DNA of 64,000 bases from Octopus vulgaris (GCA_951406725.2 OX597818.1:42098001-42162000), one strand, 5' to 3'. Shown: positions 15,209 to 28,760, counted from the first letter of the stretch. The notes: generated from the letters alone by a model not told the origin. Numbers and translations are program-made.

Positions 15209-16892
15209 TTTTCATAATTAATTAGTGATATAAGTTTGGCGGTAAACTCTTGGTGCTCCAAGTCTGTGACTTGGGCTTAGTTTCTGGAAACAGCTGTTTC
15301 ACTCAGCTGATCCCTTTGGGGAAAGCATGACCATTACAACATCCAGTTACTTCTCTCAGTAGAACCAATCCCTTGTTGAATGTCTCTGATGTATAGGTTT
15401 TATTGTGTGTATCACGCCTATCATTTATTAACCCTTTCATTCCCATATTTCTCTTGAAATAAAGTGCCTTTATTACAATTAATTTTGAAAATAATGAAAA
15501 AATTAGTAAAATAATTTTGATGGTGTTAAGAAAAAATTAGTAAAATAATTAAGCTGGTGTAAAGAACAAAAATTAACATGATATCTTGACAGAATGTTTT
15601 TAGATCACTTTAAAACAGTAAATTTGTATCTTGTGGTTTCAAGCAGGTTGGTATCAAAAGATTTAAGTCCTCAATGAGTTTGTGTGTATTTTTTTATCAT
15701 AAATTAGTTATCAGAGAAGTACCAGAACTTATTGCTTTGATATGAGTAAACCTTCTTAGACTAAGCAGTAATGATGTGATTGATGAACTTCTGTAGGAAA
15801 AATGGGAAAAGGAATTTCAGTAGGTTGAATTTCCAAAGAAGAAAGGATTGAAAAAGTGCTTAGTGTGAGGTCGGGTTGTGGGGAGATACTAAAGGGATTA
15901 CTATAAGAACAGAAGTGTCATCAGATGGTCTGGGATGAAGATTTTGATGAAAATTTGTAGACAAAGGAAGAAGTGGCTTTTAGTAAACTAAAAGATACAG
16001 AGTGGAAAAAAATGCATACTATGAAATAGATGCAGTGTGCTGGTGAATAAGACTTTGCCACTTATTCAAAGGCCTTTGTTTGGATATGATCTCAGATGGC
16101 TGTTTGCTTAGCAGAAGTTACATGAACAATATTATAATAATAATTTTGACTCAAGTTTGTCAGTGGGGTCAACTGCTCAGGGCTGAAATTTTTTCAGGTT
16201 CTAAAACAAATGTCTAATGTTTATGACATGAGGTTATCTTAAGTGAATAAAGGCATGTGGTCTGCTGGTCAGAGTGTTTGGCCCATGATCATAAGGTCAT
16301 TGGTTGAATTCCTTACTAAGCAGCACATTGGGCCCTTAAGTAAGGTACTTCACTTTATGTTGCTTCAATCAACTCAGCTATAATGGAGGGTGTCTCTGTC
16401 TGCAATTGTATTGAACTACTCTCTGACAGCACCAGTGGTTAAAAATGTAATGTTTATTCATCCACATTGTTCCAAATTAATCAGACATTGTCTCATAGCC
16501 TCAACCCCAGGACTTATTCTTTGTAAGCTTGGTACTTATTTTGTCAGTCTCTTTTGCTAAACCACTGGTTTGCAAGGGCATAGACACACCAGCATCGATT
16601 GTCAAGTGATGGCAGGGGGGGGGGGGAACAAACGCAGACACATATACACACACAAATATGTACATGTATACATACAATGGGCTTCTTCCAGTTTCCGTGT
16701 ACCAGATCCACTCACTGAGGATTTTAGTTGTGTACTGTACATGTGCAAAGAGAGTCTACTGTAGTACTGTTTCCTTGTTATCATGGTGCTGCTAAATGTA
16801 ATTGAGTTGTTTGTTCTCATTGATGGATGTTTTTGAGATTTCTGTTCATAGAAGCCCTGAAAGTCTGGCATGGGGGGTTTAGATTCATCATT

Positions 16893-16924
<32 letters not shown>

Positions 16925-17545
16925 TTAACGTCCGTTTTCCATGCTAGCATGGGTTGGACGGTTTGACCAGGGTCTGTGAAGCCAGGAGGCTGCACCAGGC
17001 TCCAGTCTGATCTGGCCGTGTTTCTACAGCTGGATGCCCTTCCTAACGCCAACCACTCCGAGAGTGTAGTCACAGGTGCCAGGGGAGGCTGTCAACAACC
17101 ACGATCGGTTGGTGCTTTTTACATGTCACTGGCACGGGGCAAGAGGTTAAGGAGTGAAGGCTGGTACATAGTATGTGGTTAGAAGTAACGGTTCAATAAG
17201 GTACAGAAGTAATAGTATGGAAGACATAATCAAACATTGGAGTATGCTAGAGTTAACAAAGTATGGCTCTGAGGGAAGATGTCAGCCATGGAGATGTCAA
17301 ACAAGAAAATCCTGGTCCAAGAGATGAGAGATAGAATGAATCCAAATGGAAGTGTTCATCTCAGGTATGTTCACAGAATTCATTGTTGTCAAGAGTAACG
17401 AAATATTGCTTTTGGCAATATTGCTGTGTTTGTGCATGTTTATTTGTGTTTGTGTGAGCATGTATGTTACTTGCGTGCTGGTATGTTTCTCATAAGTATT
17501 TGCATGTGTAAGCTGTTTATATGTTTGCTATGGGCATATGTTTAA

Positions 17546-17772
17546 CCCTTTCGTTACTGTATTTATTTTGAGATGTTCTGTGTTTCTTTCAATTATTTTA
17601 AATATAACAAAGAATTTAGAAAAATAACTTAGTTATCATTAAGCTGGTGTTAGGAACATAAATTGTGACTAAGTTTTGGTGGTATATTTTAATGCAAAAC
17701 TTATGAAAACAAGACATTTGTACTACAGAGCCAGAGCCAGAGCCAGTTTTGGCCGGGTTGGTAACGAAAGGG
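17546..17772. mobile_element. piggyBac-type MITE
   Basis: TTAA flanks and TIR ccctttcgttac/gtaacgaaaggg. Related copies at 15432-15662 and a partial one at 18513-18638. Confidence 0.85.
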
Positions 17773-17929
17773 TTAAGTGTAGATCAATGTATATTTTTCT
17801 TTATAAGTATATTTCCCTATTTGAATGTGTTACTGTGGTTATGTATGGTTAAACAGTTATGTATTAGTGTGCATGTGAACAATATGTATAAATGTGAGTG
17901 TTTGTGTCACATTACAAAACTATACTTAC

Positions 17930-17962
17930 TTGTGCTCTTTCTCTTCCTCTCAAACCTCCACA
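17930..17962 (-). CDS. Microexon (33 nt) CGGLRGRERAQ of the SRCR gene
   Basis: Acceptor tgtctctttgtag|TGT, donor CAA|gtaagt, phase 0-0. Repeats the 23589-23621 peptide. Confidence 0.8.
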
Positions 17963-19111
17963 CTACAAAGAGACATTTAAAAGTCATAATTACAAAAATG
18001 AACAAATTGGGGCACGAATTTCTATTGTCTAAATTTTGTTGTTAATGGTAAATAAAAATAAACTATTTGTGTATTTTGCTGGCTTTTACATGCAAGTAAT
18101 GAGTAGTAATAAATACAAGATTTAACAAAATCAACAAAAGATTTAATAGCATCATTACTGAATATAAATATCTATACATGCATATTACACACACACACAC
18201 ATTGTGCCACCGATATATATATTGGTGGCATATAAAAAGCACCATTTGAGTGTGGCCTTTGCCAGTACCGCCTGACTGACCCTCATGCCAGTGGCATGTA
18301 AAAGCACCCACTACACTCTTGGAGTGGTTGGCATTAAGAACATTAAGGTGTTAGAATTTATCTTCTGACTGAAGATTCTCTTTAAGTTATTTTGATCTGC
18401 TAGAGAGTGGGGAGGGATATTCGGTTGAATGGAGACAAAAGAGATTTTCTATTTATAGATATAGGAAAGGGTGAAATATATTTCAAAAGTTATTCCTGAA
18501 GAAGTTAAAGTGGTAGTTATCATTAAGCTAGTGTTAGGATTAATTGTGACTAAGTTTTGTTGGTATATTTTAATGCAAAACTTATGAAAACAAGACATTT
18601 GTACTACAGAGCCAGAGCCGGTTTTGGCCAGGTTGTTAAGGCAATCAGATTTTGTATCAAGAAAACTAGGCCAATACTAAATGGTCACAATAACCATCTA
18701 TATACTACATAGTTATAGAAAATACAGAAGTTCTTTTACACTTATACAAAATCTTCAGTCAGAAGATAAATTCTAACACCTTAATGTTCTTAACATTCAA
18801 ATCAATATCTCTGTCTGTATATCTACCCTCTTTATAATGTTATCAATTAACATGGAAATAAGTATATGTATTGATGGAAAACCTCTATAAATGGCTGATG
18901 ATTGCTCAACATTTTAAAACTGTTGTAATACTTACAATGTTTAATAAAATGATGTAGCGTGAAACGATCATACCAAATTACCGAAGATATTCTAGTTGCT
19001 TATTTTGATTATAATCACCCCATGGATTTATAAAATTCTGGTGCATCTGACTTAAGTACCATATTCATTTGAATCTAAATTTTGCTGAACTTATATATAT
19101 ATATATATATA

Positions 19112-20655
19112 TATACGTTTATATATTTGTTGTGCAAGATTTTTTATGTGAAGTCGTGTGTGGAAACAGATATTGTTATATTTCAGAATGGTCATTTTGC
19201 CAGTTTAGCCAATAAAAACACATGCACTATATATTTGGTGTTACTTTGCTTCAGTGTTATTTATTTTTTACATTAATCTTAATCTTATTTCAGCCAGAGT
19301 TCTTTCGTCACACTCCTGTGACCGCATCAGTGGTCCTTTGTTTTCATCTTTCTTATTTGTGTCTCTCCTTACTAACCGTCAGCCATTTTGTATTTCTATT
19401 GTATGTCTTCATTTGCGCATGCTTATATCTCTATGTGCGTCTATGTTTATTTAGTGTGCGGGGGTGGGGGGGATGCCTGTAATATTTGTATCTTCTGTTT
19501 ATATACGTTCATGTAATTTGTTTTTGTTGTTGTTTTTGTTTATTCTTATTTTGTTCATGTGTTTACATCCACTTGTTATTATCATAACATATGCTTGTAT
19601 GTATGTATGTATAACAACAATACTAATAATAATAATAATAAATCGGAAAAAAAAAATAATAATATAGTTATTTATTTCTATTTGTTTATTTATCTGTGTA
19701 TTTATTATGTTTTCGGGATCCTCTACCGTCATATGTTGTGGTGTGTGCTAGTGTTCCATTCTAGTTTTCCATTCAGGCTACGTTTATTTTCTATTATGTG
19801 TGTAGCTTCTGTAATTTGTCTGATTGTTGCATCTGTTCTATGTGTAGACAATATTTTAATTTCTATGTTGTTGATTCATCCCCCGTGTTCCCGTTCGGTG
19901 TGTTGGTACAGAATCGATGAGCTTTTACCTTCCTTGAGTTGTCTCCAATGTCAATTTACCCACTCTCCTATGCTTCTTGCCGTTTCCTCTACGTATGTCG
20001 TTGTCTTGTTACTGCATCGTCTCTCTATACATCTTATACTATAGACTACATTTCTGGCTTTACAGTTTGTTTGTGGGCTAAATTTACATACAGTACAGTA
20101 CTTATCCGTACAGGGGGTTCTACTAAAAGGATAGGTTCTACCAATTATAGATTTGATAGGGTTGCCTGGCTTTTCAACAACCTTAATCCTTAGCTTAAGT
20201 TTGTCTAGGGTCCTTCTAAAGCGGTACACCAGTTCACCTCCAGGGGTGGTGTCAACGAACATGACACTCTGGTATTTATGGCTATCATACCAAGAGTTGG
20301 CCTTCCCTATTTTCTTTTTTGTCCTTTCTATAGTGTTCCATGACTTGTTCCTATAGAGTGGGCAAATCCCATTCCTATCATTACATAATATATTATCAAA
20401 TTTCTTCATGGCTCCTTTGTATACTCTGATCCTTTCTTTATGGCTGTAACCTGAGAACTGCATGCGGTGAATGAAATATTGTATGTGTCTCTTTAACTCT
20501 GTAGGCTCGCACATGCGTGACACATTCCTCATTATTCTGACGAAATAAGATTAAGATTAATGTAAAAAATAAATAACACTGAAGCAAAGTAACACCAAAT
20601 ATATAGTGCGTGTGTTTTTATTGGCTAAACTGGCAAAATGATCATTCCGAAATAT

Positions 20656-20662
<7 letters not shown>
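19112..20662 (-). mobile_element. Penelope-like element, heavily 5'-truncated, with an inverted pLTR
   Basis: ORF 19951-20532 has CxxxxCxxC...C..RNVVYSIRC...YVEETARSIGE (GIY-YIG-like). The 3' pLTR at 19112-19400 has an inverted copy at 20541-20662. Confidence 0.85.
19293..19336 (-). ncRNA. Hammerhead ribozyme motif (A9C-mutated copy)
   Basis: ggacca-CUGAUGC-g-gucac-aggagu-gugac-GAAA-gaa-CUC-uggc. Intact paralogue at 60413-60457. Confidence 0.65.
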
Positions 20663-20728
<66 letters not shown>

Positions 20729-21054
20729 TGTATGTATGTATGTATGTATGTATGTATGTATGCATGCATGCATGTATGTATGTATGTATGTATGCATGTG
20801 TGTATGTGTTTTTATGTTTGTGTTTGTCTCCCAACAGTTTGACAGCTAGTGTTGATTTGTTTACATATCCATAACTTATCTGTTCAGCAAAAGAGACCAA
20901 TAAAATAAGTATCAAACTTTAAAACAAAAACATAAATGAATAAATAGTTAGTAGTGTCAATTTATTTGACGAAATACTTCAAGGTAGTGCCCCAGCATGG
21001 CTGCACACCAATGTCAAAACAAGTAAAAAATAAAAATATAAAAAGATTTCAAAA

Positions 21055-21335
21055 TCTCTCTATATATAAAGGGCAAAATGTCTGTGTGCATGTCCTTTAT
21101 ACAAATCCACAATTTTTCAGTTAGAGGGCTCGCACTTTCTATGGTCATTTAAAACCGTTCAAGGGTGGTCGTGCACATCTTTACATTTCCCCAGTCACCC
21201 CACAAGGCCATTAAAATATCAATAGAAGTGACTCTTTTGTGAATTTTCTATCCAAAACCCAATCAAAATGCCCGAAACTTGATACGCCAATTGAATGCCA
21301 GCTAGCTGTATGTGATTGCCGGGTCATAGTGCTAG
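21055..21335 (+). mobile_element. Non-autonomous Helitron
   Basis: 5' TCTCTCTATATATAAA and 3' gccggg...tgCTAG, inserted between A and T with no TSD. Confidence 0.75.
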
Positions 21336-21487
21336 TCTTCCATATAATATTTGGTACCTTAAAATACAGTAAAGCAAAATTTACTTAAATTCACTAAAGA
21401 ATACCACATTAATATTACAAGTTGTTTCATGTTAAAAGAATAAACTTATTGTATGTGTGCTCAGGTGCACTACATATTTCTCCTTAC

Positions 21488-21523
21488 TCGTTTGTTATTG
21501 GGGCTGCGATTCTCTTTCATGCA
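21488..21523 (-). CDS. Microexon (36 nt) CMKENRSPNNKR of the SRCR gene
   Basis: Acceptor ttttgtctttgcag|TGC, donor CGA|gtaagg. Only frame 0 is open. Confidence 0.75.
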
Positions 21524-22714
21524 CTGCAAAGACAAAATATAAAGGAACAATGAGTTTTGGTAGTCAGAATAAATATATACATTAAATAATGGTTTCAAAT
21601 TTTGGCACAAGGCCAGTAATTTCAGGGATGGGGATTAGTCAATTAATCAACCCCTGTGATCAACTTGTACTCATTTTATTAATCCTGAAAGGATGGAAGG
21701 CAAAATCGACCTTGGCAGAATTTGAACTCAGAACGTAAAGATAGAAAAAATGCAAACAATTCTGCCAGTTAACCAACTTATATACATTAAATATTAACAG
21801 TGTGCATGCTTGTGTGCATGCATGGGTTGTATATTTGTATTCATATATGCAAGAATACATTTTGTTTATGCATGTGCGTATGTTGTTTGTTATATATGTG
21901 TGTAGTCCTGTCTCAGACTTCAAACTGCATCCAGTAGTGGGACTGACTCTGGTTTGGGAGTTCCAGTGTTTTGGTGAATGTGGAATCACCTCTTAGTCAC
22001 TACTGTTACCAGGTCAACTTTAACCCGGAGACGAAGCATCTGTCAGGGTTACAGTTATTGGTTAATTAACATATTAGGGCCCTAGCTACTAATGCATGCC
22101 CGTGCTGACTGGATCTGGCAGACACTGTAGAAAAAATCTCATGGTCAAATGAAGAGGTAAGTGGCTGCAGCAATGCATTGTGGGGCACAGAGAACCAGAT
22201 GAGACAAAAGACATCTTGGTTATCCATTGCATCCAACTCCATCCCCAACTGAATTGATCTGATCTTGTTACTGGATTAAAGATGGTCATGGAGGAGAGAA
22301 TGGAGCTGACAGTATACAACAATTTAAGGCGGCGAGCTGGCAGAATCGTTAGCACACCGGGTGAAATGCATAGCCATATTTCGTCTGCTGTTACATTCTG
22401 AGTTCAAATTCTGCTGAGGTCGATTTTGCTTTTCATTCTTTCGGAGTCGATAAATTAAGTACCAGTTACGCTCTGGGGTCAATGTAATCGACTTAATCCG
22501 TCTGTCTGTCCTTGTTTCTCCTCTCTGTGTTTAGCCCCTTGTGGGTAGTAAAGAAATAAGTATGCAACTCTTCTTCACTTTAAACCAAGTCACTGCACAA
22601 GTCATCAGTCATCCCTGAAGATGACTAGATGGTCCACGTCACACTGAAAGATGAACATGACGCTATATATATGTGTGTGGTTACATGTATGTGTCCACTT
22701 GTATTTGTACATAG

Positions 22715-23144
22715 AAATCATCCGAACGTGGCCGTAGCCAGTACCGCATAGACTGGCCTCCGTGCTTTGGGGACGTAACAAACACCATCCGATCGTGGCC
22801 GTCCGCCAGCCTCATCTGGCACCTGTGTCGGTGGCACATAAAAACACCATCCGAGCGTGGCCGTCTGCCAGCCTCGTCTGGCACCTGTGTCGGTGGCACA
22901 TAAAAACACCATCCGAGCGTGGCCGTTCGCCAGCCTCGTCTGGCACCTGTGTCGGTGGCACATAAAATCACCCACTACACTCTCGGAGTGGTTGGCGTTA
23001 GGAAGGGCATCCAGCTGTAGAAACACTGCCAGATCTGACTGGCCTGGTGCAGCCTTCGGGCTCCCCAGACCCCAGTTGAACCGTCCAACCCATGCTAGCA
23101 TGGAAAGCGGACGCTAAATGATGATGATGATGATGATGATGATG
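22715..23144 (+). mobile_element. RTE-tailed modular element (4 modules)
   Basis: Near-identical 60-nt units ggcacctgtgtcggtggcacataaaaacaccatccgagcgtggccgt, then the core and (GAT)n tail. Confidence 0.85.
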
Positions 23145-23226
23145 AAATGCTTGTGTGTAATTTGCTTTTTAGTCTGGAGGTGTGCGTACTTGCTTGTACT
23201 TGTTTGTTTGTATGTTGTATGTGTGT

Positions 23227-23475
23227 GGAGGTGCATGGCTTAGTGGTTAGGGTGTCAGCATCATGATCGTAAGACTGTGGTTTCGATTCCTGGACCAGGC
23301 GATGCGTTGTGTTCTTGAGTAAAACATTTCATTTCATGTTCCTCCAGTCCACTCAGCTGGCAAAAATGAGTAACACTGCAATGGACTGACGTCCCGTCCA
23401 GCTGGGGAACACATACACCATTGAAACCAGGAAACCGGGCCCATGAGCCTGGCTAGGCTTTAAAAGGGCACATTT
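23227..23475 (+). mobile_element. tRNA-type SINE family B, full length
   Basis: A-box tggcttagtgg, B-box ggtttcgattcc. Closely matches 58114-58362. Confidence 0.85.
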
Positions 23476-23588
23476 ATTTTATTTATTATGTTGTATGTGC
23501 ATCATAAGATTAAGTGTGAATATCTGCATGTGTGTATGTGTGTGGATGAGTGCCTGCAACAGATAAAGGAATATAACTCAACACTTAC

Positions 23589-23621
23589 TTTTGCTTTTTC
23601 CCTTCCTTTCAAATGTGAGCA
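23589..23621 (-). CDS. Microexon (33 nt) CSHLKGREKAK of the SRCR gene
   Basis: Poly-T acceptor tttttag|TGC, donor AAA|gtaagt, phase 0-0. Paralogous to the exon at 17930-17962. Confidence 0.8.
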
Positions 23622-24179
23622 CTAAAAAATAAAAAATAGATATGCTTAATTACTAATATTCAAATATTTATTCAATATATTACATGTCACCTACTTATCT
23701 GTATACCATTTTATTAGCTATTTTCTCCAAGCACAGACACAAGGCACATGTATATATGTTTGTGTATATAAATTGACAATATATGTACAAATATATATGT
23801 CCTGCCGGCATGGGAAGCAGATGTTAAACGATGATGATGATGATGATGATGATGGTGATATATATTACCTTCGAAATGCGGAGTAGATGAAACAAGGACA
23901 ACTGAAGAAGGGGAATATTCCTTGTGTTGTATGTCTTGTTTTTTTTTCGTTGTTTGAAAAAAAGTTTGTATCTATGTTTTTGCTTTTATGTTTTCATTTC
24001 TCATTGTGTTCCATGTCACGTTTTTTTGATGTCCTGTACCCATATATGCATGTAATGAATCAACCTGTCTATTTACCTTTCTCTGCAGTTATTGATGTTG
24101 CTGTATCTGGGAGGGTCATTATATCAGTAATAAGCTCATGCACTGGAGTGTGTTTGGTTTTGGTATAAAAAGTTACAAT

Positions 24180-24377
24180 ACGCTTTTACTCTTTTACTTG
24201 TTGCAGTTATTTGACTGTGGTCATGCTGGAGCACCACCTTTAGTCGAGCATATCAAGCCCAGAACTTATTCTATCAGTCGCTTTTGCCAAACCGCTAAGT
24301 TATGGGGATGTAAGCACACCAGCATTGGTTGTCAAGCGATGTTGGTGAGACAAACACAGACACACAAGCATATATAC

Positions 24378-24447
<70 letters not shown>

Positions 24448-25352
24448 GTGTGTGTGTGTATAAATATATATATATGAGACTTTTGGAAATATGCTGTGCT
24501 TGAGAAGACCCGGCAAGCCAAATGAGACCATAACCTCGTGGCCTATGCCAGGGGCGTAACCAGTCCACTTATGCGTACCTTTCCTTCATTGGACACTAAA
24601 CTCTGCTAGCGGGGTACAAAGAGCACCATACGAGTGTGATCATTGACAGAGCGGCTAACCGGCTTCTGTGCCAGTGCCACATAAAAGACACCATTCGAGT
24701 GTGATCATTACCAGTGTCACCTTACTGGCACTTGTGCCTCGTGCTAGTAGGGTGCTAAGAGCACCATCCGAGCGTGATCGTTGCCAGTGCGGTTAACTGG
24801 CTTCTGTGCCAGTGGCATGTAAAAGGCACCATTCGAGCGTGATCATTACCAGCGTCACCTTACTGGCACATGTGCTGGTGGCATGTGTAAAAAGATTCGT
24901 TACCAACATTGCTTTACTGGCACCTGTGCCGGTGGCACATGTAAAAAGATTTGTGCGAGGTTGTTGCCAGTACCGCCTGACTGGCCCCTGTGCCAGTGAC
25001 ACGTAAAAGCACCCACTACACTCTCGGAGTGGTTGGTATTAGGAAGGGCATCCAGCTATAGAAACTCTGCTAGATCAAGATTGGAGTCTGGTGCAGCCAT
25101 CTGGTTCGCCAGCCCTCATTCAAATCGTCCAACCCATGCTAGCATGGAAAACAGATGTTAAATGATGATGATGATGATACATATATACGACGGGCTTCTT
25201 TCAGTTTCTGTCTACCAGATCCACTCACAAGGCTTTGGTCGGCCCAAGGCTAGAGTAGAAAACACTTGCCCAAGGTGTCACGCTGTGGGACTGAATCCAG
25301 AACCATGTGGTTGCTAAGCAAGCTATTTACCACACAGCCACTCCTGCGCCTA
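24180..25352 (-). mobile_element. tRNA-type SINE family C with a nested RTE-tailed element in its central microsatellite
   Basis: Head (ggagtggctgtgtggtaa...) at 25185-25352 and tail (...gcaccacctttagtcgagc...) at 24180-24370 flank the insert. Intact family copy at 46121-46525. Confidence 0.75.
24476..25178 (+). mobile_element. Long RTE-tailed modular element with 5' head
   Basis: Head agacttttggaaatatgctgtgcttgagaagacc..., shared with 25877, then about 7 diverged modules, core and (GAT)n tail. Confidence 0.8.
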
Positions 25353-25876
25353 TAAATAAAAATCTATTCTAACAGTCCAAATCAAGAATCTTGCAAATCA
25401 AATATACAAAAGGAAATACATTGATCTAAACTTTCCTCTATCTGCTTAGCTATCCAGCATCTATTCATCTAACCACCACAACTCCATTTAGCTATCTATC
25501 TATCAATATATCTACTGATCTGAAGGCAATGAGCTGGCAGAAGCATTAGCATACCAGGTAAAATGCTAGGCAGTATTCTGTGTTTAATGTTCTGAGCTCA
25601 GATTCTACTGAGGTTGACTTTGCCTTTCATCTCTTCAAGATTGATAAAATTAGTACCAGCTGAACACTGGGGTTGATGTAATCAACTTAGCTCCCACTTA
25701 GAAATTGCTGACCTTGTACCATAAACATTTAAAACCAATATATCTATGAATCTGTTGATATATCTACCAGTCAATATATCTATCTACTCTATCAACACAG
25801 TCATGTATTAAAACCTCTGCCAACAAAACACATATTTCTATTGTCTAACACTCTATTCTGATATACAATATTTTCA

Positions 25877-26458
25877 AGACTTTTGGAAATATGCTGTGCT
25901 TGAGAAGACCCAGCAAGCCAAGTGAGACCACAACCTTGTGGCCTAAGCCAGAGGTATAACCAGCCCACTTATGCGTACCTTCCCTTCATTGGATACTGCA
26001 TGTGAAGACCTGTTGAGGCAAGTGAAATCAAAATCAAATTCGATGACTAGTATCTGTGCAAGTGGAGCACTAAGAGCACCATCTGAGCGTGATCGTTGCC
26101 AGAGCGGTTAACTGGCATTTGTGCTGGTAGCATGTAAAAAGCACCATTCAAGCATGATCACTACCAGCGTCGCCTTACTGGCACTTGTGCCGGTGTGCAG
26201 GTGATACGTAAAAAAAAAGAACGATTTTTCCTTGGCTGTTGCCAGTACCGCCTGACTGGCCCTCATGCCGGTGGCACGTAAAAGCAGCCACTACACTCTC
26301 AGAGTGGTTGGCATTAGGAAGGGCATCCAGCTGTAGAAACTCTGCCAGATCAAGACTGGAGCCTGGTGCAGCCATTTGGTTTGCTAGTCCTCAGTCAAAT
26401 CGTCCAACCCATGCTAGCATGGAAAGCGAACGTTAAACGATGATGATGATGATGATGA
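25877..26458 (+). mobile_element. Long RTE-tailed modular element with the same 5' head
   Basis: Same ~115-nt head as 24476, about 4 modules, core and (GAT)n tail. Confidence 0.8.
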
Positions 26459-27019
26459 ATGACATGTAACAACAAAAATGACATATCTGTAGAATAATCC
26501 TTCCATTATTGAAGATACTATTTGAATTATTCAATGTGAAAATTAAATTGGTAAATAATCACTAAAATTATTATTAAGTAAATGCTGCCATTATGTCTTT
26601 ATCAAAATAGAAAAATACACTGAAAAAAAAAATATTTCTTTTCTGAAATACTGTAATTATTATAATGAAATGTCACTATTGAAAGATTGGAACTATTTGA
26701 TAGTAAAAGTATTTAAATGTTATTTACATTCTGCAGCTATTTTTAATATCTTTCATGCTGGTTTACTTTTCATGGGTTGACTTTACGACAGATACATTCT
26801 TATAGCCTACACCAGAAAATTTTAAAGGGCACATTTGAATTTACTTATTGTTTGGAAAATACATGAACTTTCCCAATGCATTTTAAATAGCACTTATAAT
26901 TAAATCCATCAAAGCATGTCTTCCTCTATACATCCTAATGCCGAAAAATAGAAAAGTGCACATGTACAGGAGACTTTGTTATCCAGGATTTCAAAGCTCA
27001 TAATTACAGTTAAATACAG

Positions 27020-27070
<51 letters not shown>

Positions 27071-27136
27071 ATATATATATATATATATGTGTGTATATAT
27101 ATAAACATGCACACACATACACACACACACACACAC

Positions 27137-27200
<64 letters not shown>

Positions 27201-27234
27201 GGAAAGCGGACGTTAAATGATGATGATGATGATG

Positions 27235-27266
<32 letters not shown>

Positions 27267-27449
27267 ATATGTGTGTGTGTGCGTATGTGTATGTGTGTGC
27301 ATGTTTATATATATACACACATATATATAAATACAGAGAGAGAGAGATAAGTAGATACATACAGATAAATAAATACAAACATATCCACCCGTGCAGGCCA
27401 CAGATTGATCAGCTCAAAGCTAGGTTAGAAAACATTTGCCCATGACGCA

Positions 27450-28760
27450 GATATGTATGTATATATATCTTCACACATGTGTATACAACAGGCTTCTTTC
27501 CCCTTGTTGAGGAAAGCAGTGCTGTGTCTAAATAGACTTGCTTTGTCACCACTGGAGGACATGGACAGCACAGTTACTCACAGGTTCTATGCTGAAATGG
27601 CCATCACCCAATGGTCACCGACTGTAGAGATCAAGCAAGAAACGTCCAGTAATATCCTTTACCTGTCCCTGTTGCTTTCACTATCTTGCCAGAAGACATT
27701 TTGATTTTTACAAGTTGAAGCTGTGCCATATTGAATGAATAAATGTAAGTTGTCAGAAAGCCGACACATATGATTTGATTCATGTGTTGAAGGCTTTTGT
27801 AGAACTAGCTACATGATGCCACATGTTATTGAGGCTACCATTCTCTCTGGATGTGGGAAAGGAGAGGATGTTTTCATACCCTAGATTCCTCTCATTCCAT
27901 CAGGAGCAGAAATTCCTTTTTCATTCAGAAGGGTGCAATTTCCTATTTGTATCAGCTTCGCAATGTCTATCAATAAAATCCAGGCTTAAACATTGTCTGT
28001 GGTAGGACTTAACTTGGAACAGTTGTGCTTCTCACATGGGCAATTATATGTTGGATATTCTAGAGTGAGAAGTAAAAAAGATCTATTTGCATTTGTTCCA
28101 CAAGGGAAAACATAGAATATTGTATACCAAAAGGTTTTGTAGGAATTACTACATCCTGTGATGTGCTCCAGTATCCACTGTTCTTTGTGAATTGTGAAGA
28201 TGGATACCATTTTGGCATAATACCAACGAACCTGAAGACTGCACCAACAAAGCAGTTTCTTGCACGGATTTCAGTATCAAAGCATATTCTCCAATTACTC
28301 CCACCAACCACACAGTAAGCCATTACACCTTATTTTTCAAGTAATTCATTACTAAATTTTCTCATGTGGCTGCATAAGCTCAGTTTATGCTTCTTATTCT
28401 ACAACCACACCAGCAATCCAATGTCAACTCTTCGCCTTCTGCAACACTTCAATAGTTCACTTCCCCATTGCTGTCTCCCATTGCAGGCTCTTTCCAGAAG
28501 GTACTCATATACGTACAATATCTCCATTACACCTACATTCATTCAACTGTCGACATACAATGGGTCATGTGAGACTCAACGCTGACAGCTGCAAAGGAGA
28601 GTATATCCACTGACAGCTTTTCAGTGTGTTCAAAAGTCACATAACCCTGCCCAATTTTCCATGACAGGTTAAGCCTGAAATCCTCCAAATGGATGCTTGA
28701 CATGTTGCTTGGGCAAATTAGCCCATCATTTACTTCACAAATGTTTTGTCATCAATACTG
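27450..28760 (-). mobile_element. Highly decayed LINE-like remnant (possibly RTE)
   Basis: Only traces remain, such as EVL..RRRVDI, resembling an RTE endonuclease N-terminus. Many stops. Confidence 0.3.

Noticed and set aside
23227-23300. tRNA gene
   Set aside because: The A/B boxes belong to a SINE head. There is no complete cloverleaf, and the sequence continues into a repeated SINE body.
26590-26630. Strong acceptor followed by TGT, resembling a fifth Cys microexon
   Set aside because: In-frame TGA after five codons and no donor. A similar site near 32120 also stops.
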